Assembly: GCA_050177075.1 (NCBI GenBank)
Contig: JBFXHL010000003.1
Span: forward strand, 1-63,192
DNA length: 63,192 nt
Origin: Sulfuricellaceae bacterium
GTDB lineage: Bacteria > Pseudomonadota > Gammaproteobacteria > Burkholderiales > UBA9220
Direction of reading: 5' to 3'
Of this stretch, positions 20,319-27,551 are shown piece after piece (position 1 is the stretch's first letter; every line of letters starts with the position of its first letter). The notes under the pieces were generated by a model. It saw only the letters and a list, made by a program, of their open reading frames with translations, was not told where the DNA came from and did no database searches. The translations under genes were made by a program, and so were the position numbers.

Positions 20319-21026
20319 TCAGCTGGCCCAGCTTACCCACCTTTGGGCTTTTTCCAGGCTTTGCATATCCGCCAGGTGGCGCACCCCTTTTTTCGCCGCG
20401 CCCGCCGTCAGCACCTGCAGCAACTGGGCGGTGGAAAGGGCGTCCGCCAATGCGCTATGCCGGGCGTAGTTGTTGATCTGAAAGTGGCCCATCCAATCGT
20501 CCAGCGCCCGATAACGGCGGGCCAGGTCGGGGTACAAAGCGGGGGCGATATAGGCCAAGTCCACCCACGGATGCTTGAACTCCAAGCCCAGGAATTCCTT
20601 CATTGCCCGCCGGATCATGGTCTCATCGAAGGTGACGTGGAAAGCGATGAGGGGCGACTTGCCCAAATATTCGAGGAACTCCAGTAGTGCCGCCACCGGC
20701 GGCACGCCGTCGGCCTGGGCGGTCCCGCCAATGCCGTGGATAAGGATGTTCTCCTTGTCGCTCACCGCCTCTTGCTGGAGGATGATTTCGAAGCTATCGC
20801 CAAGGTCGATCTTCCCCCCCGTCACGGCCACGGCGCCAATAGCGATGAGGCGGTCTTTGTTGAGGTTGAGCCCGCTGGTTTCCACATCCACCACCACATA
20901 ACGCCCCTGGGATAGCGGCTCCTCCAAGGGGGGGGCCGGCAAGGATTTCCACGCTTCCAGCCTGGCGGCCTCCTCTGGGCGCAGTTCGACGGATGAAATA
21001 CCAAAGAGACGTGTCAGCCAGCTCAT
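20319..21026 (-). CDS. DEDDh 3'-5' exonuclease (DnaQ / Pol III epsilon-like)
   Basis: Trimmed to MSWLTRLFG... (ATGA overlap with the upstream gene). Exo motifs VVVDVETSGL, IAFHVTFDETMI and HSALADALSTAQL. Confidence 0.88.
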   Translation of the reverse strand: MSWLTRLFGISSVELRPEEAARLEAWKSLPAPPLEEPLSQGRYVVVDVETSGLNLNKDRLIAIGAVAVTGGKIDLGDSFEIILQQEAVSDKENILIHGIGGTAQADGVPPVAALLEFLEYLGKSPLIAFHVTFDETMIRRAMKEFLGLEFKHPWVDLAYIAPALYPDLARRYRALDDWMGHFQINNYARHSALADALSTAQLLQVLTAGAAKKGVRHLADMQSLEKAQRWVSWAS

Positions 21027-22930
21027 ACGCGATAATCCATGCCTAGCCGGGTTTGCAGCTTGCGGGCCTGGCGAAAGGCTTCCTTCAGAATCCTCCGATC
21101 CAGGTCGTTCAAGCGATCCGGGTTGATGCAATTGGCGCCGGCAGCCCCCTCTTCCTCATGCTGGCGCCGCAAGCGTAGAAGTTGAATAAATAGAAAGGCC
21201 TCCACCCAGCCCTCCACTTCCGCGCCTCCAATCTTCAACCTAGTCGCCGCTGCACGCAACCGCTGCACGGTTCCGGTTTGCGCCTGGCCGGTGGCCAGGC
21301 CGTAAATGCGCGCCGCGTCGACGAAGGGCGTAATGCCGTTGAGCTTCAGGTCCAAGGTTCGATCTTCCCTCACGGAGAATTCCCGCACCAGGCCCAGAGG
21401 AGGGCGGTTGCGCAGCGCATTGGCCGCCATCTGGTGAAGAAAGCGGGGATTGGCTTGCGCCGTCCGCGCCAGCCACTGCCGCAGGCTGGCGGCCAGGGCC
21501 GCGTCGCCATGCAGGGGGCGAAAATCAAAAAAGATCGAGGCATTGAGTAGGGCTTCCGGCTCGCCTTGGTCAATCCAGCGGGAAAAGGTCCTCCGCCATT
21601 CCTCCAGGGACAGGCACCACTTTGGATTGGACGCCATGATCTCCCCCTTGCACAAGGGGAAGCCGCAGGAAGCCAGGGCATCGTTGATCCCCTTCGCCAG
21701 CGGCAGCAGGATCGCTCTCAGTTCCTCCGCCTCTCCGGCACTCCCCGCTTCGAAGAGGATACCGTTGTCCTGGTCCGTGTTCAGCGTCTGTTCGAACCGC
21801 CCTTCCGAGCCCAGGGCCAGCCAGCAGTATTTCCCCGCGATCCGCTGCCGCGCCGACATCGGCAGCCGCGCCTCTTCCAGTTCGATGATCCGGCTGGTCA
21901 AGAGGTCGTTGAGGGTGGAGAGAATTTGGGTTAGCTGTTCCGCCGCCACGCCCTGCGCCAGCATGTTGTGGGCCAGTTGCCGGATGTCCTTGACCGCCTG
22001 CTGAAGGGTGGGCAGGTCGGCGGCTTCCCGTAGGGTGCTGCTCAGTTGCCGCAGGCCTATCCGTTGCAGGGTGAACAGGTCCTTTTCCGAAACCAGGCCG
22101 ACCAGTTGTTCGTTGTCGGTGACCAGGACGTGGCGGAAGCCTTCCCGGGCCATCACCAGGGCCGCTTCGTAGGCCAGGGCCTGGGGGGGTAGCGATACCG
22201 GGTGGGGGCTCATGACGTCCCGTATCGGGGTGGCCAGGTCGATGGCCGCCAGGGCGACCCGGTCCAGGACGTCGTGGAGGGTGAAGATGCCCAGGGGGCG
22301 CTGCCGTTCGTCCACGACGATCATGGAGCCAATGCGCTTTTGCTGCATGGTTGCAAGGACGTCCCGCAGGGGGGTGGTGGGGAGGGTGCTGACGGGTTGG
22401 CGCCGCAGAAGGGCGGACAGGGGAGTGTCCATGGATTGCTGCGCGCTGCTGCTCTGGCTGTAGCGGGCCTGGATGATGTGTTTGGACTGTTCCAGCAGGC
22501 TGGCGATGCGCCGCGTGCAGAAGTCGTGGAAGGGGGGGCTCTGTTGCAGCAGCGCGCTAAAGTCGTCGGCGGGCAGTTCGTAGCAGAAGGTGTCTTCCTT
22601 GGCACGGTAGAGGCTGGACACCGGCCGCTTGGAGAGCAGGGCGCCGAGGGGGAAGCATTCCCCTTCCACCAGTTCCCAGCGGGCTTCGTCGCCCTCGACC
22701 CGGGCCACGTCCTGTTCCCCCTGCACCGCCCCCTGTTTGATGATGTAAAAACGGCTGACTTGTCCCTGGTCCGGCCCCAGTACCACTTCCCCCTTGCCGT
22801 AGTACCCCAGCTTCAGCCGACCCGCCAGCCATTCCAGCTCTTCCCGCTCCATCTGGTCGAAGGGCGCGTGACGCCTCAGGTGCTCAACAAGAGCATGAAG
22901 AAGGGAGGGGGGAGGATGTCGTTCTGTCAT
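21023..22930 (-). CDS. cNMP-binding + tandem CBS + DUF294 (Pol-beta-type) putative nucleotidyltransferase, paralog 1
   Basis: 635 aa. N-terminal cNMP-binding fold, two CBS motifs, the NTase signature LGSEGRFEQTLNTDQDNG, and a DUF294_C-like tail. Confidence 0.88.
   Translation of the reverse strand: MTERHPPPSLLHALVEHLRRHAPFDQMEREELEWLAGRLKLGYYGKGEVVLGPDQGQVSRFYIIKQGAVQGEQDVARVEGDEARWELVEGECFPLGALLSKRPVSSLYRAKEDTFCYELPADDFSALLQQSPPFHDFCTRRIASLLEQSKHIIQARYSQSSSAQQSMDTPLSALLRRQPVSTLPTTPLRDVLATMQQKRIGSMIVVDERQRPLGIFTLHDVLDRVALAAIDLATPIRDVMSPHPVSLPPQALAYEAALVMAREGFRHVLVTDNEQLVGLVSEKDLFTLQRIGLRQLSSTLREAADLPTLQQAVKDIRQLAHNMLAQGVAAEQLTQILSTLNDLLTSRIIELEEARLPMSARQRIAGKYCWLALGSEGRFEQTLNTDQDNGILFEAGSAGEAEELRAILLPLAKGINDALASCGFPLCKGEIMASNPKWCLSLEEWRRTFSRWIDQGEPEALLNASIFFDFRPLHGDAALAASLRQWLARTAQANPRFLHQMAANALRNRPPLGLVREFSVREDRTLDLKLNGITPFVDAARIYGLATGQAQTGTVQRLRAAATRLKIGGAEVEGWVEAFLFIQLLRLRRQHEEEGAAGANCINPDRLNDLDRRILKEAFRQARKLQTRLGMDYRV
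21724..22480. repeat. Perfectly identical tract shared with 28259..29015 (copy A)
   Basis: Base-by-base reading at a constant offset of 6535 nt shows no differences. The first mismatches are at 21722/21723 and 22481. The flanks are similar but diverged. Confidence 0.85.
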
Positions 22931-22995
22931 GTTATATCCCGAAAAGCTTTTCCATCATAACCTTGCCGTCAAACGGCGCAATGGCGCCGGGGAAT

Positions 22996-23021
22996 AAAAA
23001 AGCCCCGGCTATACCGGGGCT
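22996..23021 (-). terminator. Rho-independent terminator after actP
   Basis: Minus strand reads AGCCCCGG-TATAG-CCGGGGCT followed by a T-run, about 60 nt after the actP stop. Confidence 0.75.
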
Positions 23022-23079
23022 TAAATGACTTTCAAGGAAATTATGGCGTTATTGTTGTATGCCTTGCCTGGAAGTTTCC

Positions 23080-25029
23080 TTAGTGCGCCACGGCGCCTTC
23101 GGCGTGGATGCCGGTGTTCTGGCGCACGTACAGCTCATCCCACATTTCTTCCGCGCGCTTGTCGCGGTAGAGCAGGGAACCGATGATCACCATCAGGAAG
23201 CCCACCGGGATGGAGATAATGCCGGGGTTCTTCAGCTTGATCAGCGGTTTTTCCAGGCCCACGATGCTAGTGGTCTGACCTTCGAATTTCTTCAGGTCAT
23301 CCTGGGCGCCTTTGATGGCTTTCTCGGTCGCCGCGATGTCCTTGGTCAGTTTCTCCTTGTCGGCGCCTTCGGCCGCGGTAGCCAGCTTGGCCTGCAGGCC
23401 GGTCAGCTTCTCCAGGGCGCCGGGCTTGGCGGGTTTGCCGTCTTTGGCGGGCTCGCCATTCAGCACCTTGTTGGCGTCGGCGATCTTCGCCAGGGGATAG
23501 GTCATGTTGGGGGACACCATCACCACGGCGATGGCGGTGATCGCGCCGACCAGCATGCCGGCCACGACGCCGCCGGTGTTGCAGCGCTTCCAGTACAGGG
23601 TCAGCACCACCGCGGGCAGGTTGGAGGAAGCCGCCACCGCGAAGGCGAGGCCCACCAGGTGCGCCACGTTCTGGCCCTTGGACAGAATGCCGAGGATGAT
23701 GGACACCACGCCGACGATGATGGAGGACACGCGGGCAGCGCGCACCTGCTCTTCGGGGGTGGCATGGTCGCCGCGGATCACGCCCACGTAGATATCGTGG
23801 GCCATGGCGGAAGCGGAGGCCAGCACCAGACCGGCCACCACGGCCACGATAGTGGCGAAGGCGACGGCAGCGACGAAAGCGAGGAAGAAGTTGCCCAGCA
23901 TGGAGTCCGGACCGCCGCCCACGAATTGGGCCAGCAGGGGAGCCGCCATGTTGCCGCCCTTGTCGAGGGCGGTGATCTTGCCGGCGCCCACCAGGGTGGC
24001 GGCGCCCATGCCCAGGAACAGGGTCAGCACGTAGAAGCCGCCGATGATGCCCATGGCCCAAATCACGGACTTGCGGGCTTCCTGAGCCGTGGGAACGGTA
24101 AAGAAGCGCATCAGGATGTGGGGCAGGCCGGCGGTACCCAGCACCAGGGCGAGGCCCAGGCTCAGCTGGTCGAGGGGATCCTTCAGCAGCAGGCCGGGCT
24201 CCAGGAAGCGCTGACCAAGTTCGGCCGGCGTCATATTGGCGGCGGAATCACCCAGCACCTTGGCCACCTGGGCCTGGACCTTGGGATCGTCCACTACGCC
24301 CTGCAGGAAGGCGGGGAGGGAGAAGCCGTAGGGCGCCCAGACGAACATCACCAGCAGGACGGAAGCGGCCACTAGCAGCACGGCCTTAACGATCTGCACC
24401 CAGGTGGTGGCCTTCATGCCGCCGAACACCACGTAGGACAGCATCAGCACGCCCACCACGGCCACCGACACCTCGTAGTCGATGCCGACCAGGGTCTTGA
24501 TCAGCACGCCGCCGCCCACCATCTGGGCGATCAGGTAGAAGGTGGAAACTGTGATGGTGGACAGGGCCGCCACGGTTTTCGAGGCCTTGGGGTTGTTGCG
24601 GAAGGCCAGGATGTCGCCGAGGGTGTACTTGCCGATGTTGCGGCAGGGCTCGGCGATGACCAGCAGCACGGTGATGTAGGCCACCAGGAAGCCGACGGAG
24701 TACATGAAGCCGTCGTAGCCGTAGAGGGAGATCAGGCCCGCGATACCCAGGAAGGAGGCGGCGGACAGGTAATCGCCCGCGATGGCCCAGCCGTTCTGCA
24801 CGCCGGACACGGAGCGGCCGGCAGCGTAGAACTCAGAAGTGCTGTGGGTCTGTTTCGCGGCCCAGTAGGTGATATACAGGGTGACGCCGATGATGGCGGC
24901 GAACACTAGGAAGGTCATGGTGCGGTGGCTGTCGCCCACTCCCGCTTCCGCGGCGAAGGCGCCGAAGGACGCCAGCGCCGTGCCGAGCCCGAGGCCGGCG
25001 GAGAGCAATTTTTTCATCAGTCCGGTCAT
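23080..25029 (-). CDS. actP: Cation/acetate symporter ActP (start 25029 or 25017)
   Basis: SSF transporter with an N-terminal signal-like segment, as in E. coli ActP. Motifs FYAAGRSVSGVQNGWAIAGDYLSAASFLG and GTAGLPHILMRFFT. Preceded by the DUF485 gene. Confidence 0.9.
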   Translation of the reverse strand: MTGLMKKLLSAGLGLGTALASFGAFAAEAGVGDSHRTMTFLVFAAIIGVTLYITYWAAKQTHSTSEFYAAGRSVSGVQNGWAIAGDYLSAASFLGIAGLISLYGYDGFMYSVGFLVAYITVLLVIAEPCRNIGKYTLGDILAFRNNPKASKTVAALSTITVSTFYLIAQMVGGGVLIKTLVGIDYEVSVAVVGVLMLSYVVFGGMKATTWVQIVKAVLLVAASVLLVMFVWAPYGFSLPAFLQGVVDDPKVQAQVAKVLGDSAANMTPAELGQRFLEPGLLLKDPLDQLSLGLALVLGTAGLPHILMRFFTVPTAQEARKSVIWAMGIIGGFYVLTLFLGMGAATLVGAGKITALDKGGNMAAPLLAQFVGGGPDSMLGNFFLAFVAAVAFATIVAVVAGLVLASASAMAHDIYVGVIRGDHATPEEQVRAARVSSIIVGVVSIILGILSKGQNVAHLVGLAFAVAASSNLPAVVLTLYWKRCNTGGVVAGMLVGAITAIAVVMVSPNMTYPLAKIADANKVLNGEPAKDGKPAKPGALEKLTGLQAKLATAAEGADKEKLTKDIAATEKAIKGAQDDLKKFEGQTTSIVGLEKPLIKLKNPGIISIPVGFLMVIIGSLLYRDKRAEEMWDELYVRQNTGIHAEGAVAH

Positions 25030-25030
25030 C

Positions 25031-25351
25031 TTATCCTCCGATCTTGTGGGCGTCTTTGACGATTTCTTCCGCCATGGCGTCAAACTCGCGGTTGGCGCGT
25101 TTGGCGTAAATGATGGCGATTCCCCAGGCGACGACGAACTCGGACAGGGCGAACAGCAGGCCGAAATTGATCGGTCCCCAGATCTTGGTGTCGAAGACGC
25201 TCTTGAAATAGGCCGCCATGATGGGCAGCAGGAAGTAATACACCATCGAGAAGATCATCAGGCCCCACAAGAACCCGCTCTTCTTCTTGTGCAGTGCCTG
25301 AAACCGGGGGTCCGCGTCGATGGCGGCCCAGTTCATCTGCGGTTTTGACAT
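25031..25351 (-). CDS. yjcH: DUF485 inner-membrane protein (YjcH-like), partner of ActP
   Basis: 106 aa with two TM helices, ...DPRFQALHKKKSGFLWGLMIFSMVYYFLLP... yjcH-actP synteny. Confidence 0.85.
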   Translation of the reverse strand: MSKPQMNWAAIDADPRFQALHKKKSGFLWGLMIFSMVYYFLLPIMAAYFKSVFDTKIWGPINFGLLFALSEFVVAWGIAIIYAKRANREFDAMAEEIVKDAHKIGG

Positions 25352-25401
25352 TTTCTTTCCTCCGTTTGATAATGGCTCGAAACAAAGCCTTATATCCCCG
25401 C

Positions 25402-25418
25402 GGCACGGGGATCGTGCC
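25402..25418. promoter_or_regulatory. Perfect 6-5-6 palindrome GGCACG-GGGAT-CGTGCC in the divergent yjcH / response-regulator intergenic region
   Basis: Read directly from the sequence. The arms are exact reverse complements. Function unknown. Confidence 0.35.
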
Positions 25419-25435
25419 CCCCACAGTAGCCCCCC

Positions 25436-25455
25436 AAACTTACACGAAACTTACA
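25436..25455. promoter_or_regulatory. Two perfect 9-bp direct repeats, AAACTTACA-CG-AAACTTACA (11-bp period); candidate OmpR-family response-regulator operator
   Basis: Read directly. Lies 29-48 nt upstream of the response-regulator ATG at 25484. The 11-bp phasing is typical of winged-helix regulator sites. Confidence 0.4.
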
Positions 25456-25483
25456 GCCCCTCACCCTCTTCAGTCAGCCCAGC

Positions 25484-26155
25484 ATGCGGATTCTGATCAT
25501 CGAAGACGACGAAATACTGGCTGACGGGCTCCAGTCCTCCATGCGCCAGGCCGGTTACGCCGTGGACCATGTCTGCAACGGCAAGGATGCGGTGCATATC
25601 GCCCAGAGCGAATCCTTCGACTTGGTGATTCTTGACCTGGGACTGCCCAGACTCGACGGCTTTTCCGTGCTGAAGCAGCTGCGCGCCGGCCAAAAAAGCA
25701 TGCCCGTCCTCATCCTGACGGCCAGGGATTGCCTGGAGGCCCGGGTGAAGGGCCTGGATTTGGGCGCCGACGACTACATGACTAAACCCTTCGACCTGCC
25801 CGAACTAGAAGCCCGGGTGCGGGCTCTCCTGCGGCGGGGCCAGAGCGGTTATAGCCCGGCCCTGGTCCATGGCGATCTGGCTTTCGACACCATCGGTCGC
25901 CGCGTCACTCTCCGCGGCGAACCCATTTCCTTCTCTTCCCGCGAACTGGGCGTACTGGAAATTTTGTTGACCCGCGCGGGCAGGGTGGTCAGCAAGGAAC
26001 AAATCCTGGAGCACCTCTACAGCTTTTCCGAGGAGGCCAGCAGCAATGCCATCGAGGTGTACATACACCGCGTCCGCAAGAAAATCGAGCCCGCCGGCAT
26101 TACCATCCGCGCGATTCGCGGGCTGGGGTACTTGATGGATAAGTCCGGCGCCTAG
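25484..26155 (+). CDS. OmpR/PhoB-family response regulator (TctD/QseB-like)
   Basis: 223 aa. REC domain (MRILIIEDDEILADGL, DLVILDLGLP, KPF) plus a winged-helix domain (IEVYIHRVRKKI, IRGLGYLM). Confidence 0.92.
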   Translation: MRILIIEDDEILADGLQSSMRQAGYAVDHVCNGKDAVHIAQSESFDLVILDLGLPRLDGFSVLKQLRAGQKSMPVLILTARDCLEARVKGLDLGADDYMTKPFDLPELEARVRALLRRGQSGYSPALVHGDLAFDTIGRRVTLRGEPISFSSRELGVLEILLTRAGRVVSKEQILEHLYSFSEEASSNAIEVYIHRVRKKIEPAGITIRAIRGLGYLMDKSGA

Positions 26156-26178
26156 TACCGTCCGACCGGCACATCTCC

Positions 26179-27543
26179 ATGAATAACGATATCCTCTCCC
26201 TGCGCACCCACCTTATGAACTGGCTGTTCACGCCTTTGTTCGTACTCTGGGTGTTCAGCACGGCTACCGGCTACATCGCCACCCTCAAGTATGCCAATCG
26301 GCCTTACGACCAGGCCCTGCTGGAGCGGGCCCAGACCCTGGCCGGCCATTTCAGGCTGACGGACGGCTCTCCCGTGGCCAACGGCACCCCGCCCGCCAAG
26401 GAAGAAGCGTTTTATTCCCTTTACGACGCCGACGGTCAACAACTCGCCGGCAATGTATCCCTGCCCAGGCCTTCGGAATATTTGCTGCGCAAAAATGAGC
26501 CTATATTCACCGATGCGGAGTATCGCGGCATCAAAATCCGCATGGTCACGCTTCATTACCCGGAGGGAGAGGGGCGCTTCGGTCGGCTTCAACTGGCCGA
26601 GGAACTGGACAAGCGCCAGGCCCTGATCCGGGGAATTCTCGCCAACATCGTCATTCCGCAGCTACTCCTGATCCTGATGGCGGGCGCGGCGGTATGGTAT
26701 GCCCTGAAGCGTGGCCTTGCGCCCCTGGAGCACCTGCGCCAGGAAGTGATCGAGCGCTCCCGCACCGACCTGAGCCAACTCAGCGAAAGCAAGGCCCCGG
26801 AGGAGGTCCGGCCCCTGATTCATGCTTTCAATCAACTGCTGCAGCGCTTAAGCCAGGTGCTGGATTCCCAGAAGCGCTTTGTCGCCGATGCCGCCCACCA
26901 ACTCCGCACCCCCTTTGCCGGCCTGAAGACCCAGTCCGAACTGGGCCTGCGAGAAACCGACCCGGAGATGATGCAGGCGGCCCTGCGGAAAATCCATGCC
27001 AGCGCCGAACGCTGCAACCACCTGGTGAACCAGCTTCTGGCCTTGGCCCGCAACGAACCCGGTGGCCATCTTTACAGCACCCTTGATACCCTGGAATTGG
27101 GCAAGCTGGCCCAGGAAGCCACCATGAAGTGGGTGCCGGAGGCTTTGCACAAGGACATTGATCTTGGCTTCGAAGGCAGCCAGCAAGCGGTGCCGGTAAA
27201 AGGCGACCCTCTCGGCCTGACGGAACTGCTCGATAACCTGCTCGACAATGCCATTCGCTACACCCAACCCGGTGGCCGCATAACGGTGACCGTTGCCTAC
27301 AATAACGGTGGCGCTTTGCTGTGCATCGAGGACAACGGCCCGGGCATCCCCCCTGAGCAACGGCAGCGCGTATTCGAACGTTTCTACCGCATCCTGGGGA
27401 GCGGCGAAAAGGGGAGCGGCCTGGGACTATCCATCGTCAAGGAAGTAGCGGAATTGCACCACGCCACGGTCGCGTTGGGTGAAGGCGCCCATGGCGCGGG
27501 GCTAAAGGTGACGCTCCGTTTTCCCCACCACTCTTCCTTCTAG
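26179..27543 (+). CDS. Sensor histidine kinase (TctE/QseC-like, two TM helices with a periplasmic domain)
   Basis: 454 aa. H-box FVADAAHQLRTPFAGL, and N/G boxes LLDNAIRYT, DNGPGIP and GSGLGLSIVKEVA. Confidence 0.9.
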   Translation: MNNDILSLRTHLMNWLFTPLFVLWVFSTATGYIATLKYANRPYDQALLERAQTLAGHFRLTDGSPVANGTPPAKEEAFYSLYDADGQQLAGNVSLPRPSEYLLRKNEPIFTDAEYRGIKIRMVTLHYPEGEGRFGRLQLAEELDKRQALIRGILANIVIPQLLLILMAGAAVWYALKRGLAPLEHLRQEVIERSRTDLSQLSESKAPEEVRPLIHAFNQLLQRLSQVLDSQKRFVADAAHQLRTPFAGLKTQSELGLRETDPEMMQAALRKIHASAERCNHLVNQLLALARNEPGGHLYSTLDTLELGKLAQEATMKWVPEALHKDIDLGFEGSQQAVPVKGDPLGLTELLDNLLDNAIRYTQPGGRITVTVAYNNGGALLCIEDNGPGIPPEQRQRVFERFYRILGSGEKGSGLGLSIVKEVAELHHATVALGEGAHGAGLKVTLRFPHHSSF

Positions 27544-27551
27544 CCTCGTTT

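Noticed and set aside
25402-25418. GGCACG...GTGCC read as a sigma-54 -24/-12 promoter for yjcH-actP.
   Set aside because: The GG-to-GC spacing is two nucleotides too long compared with TGGCAC-N5-TTGC. It is kept only as a palindrome of unknown function.
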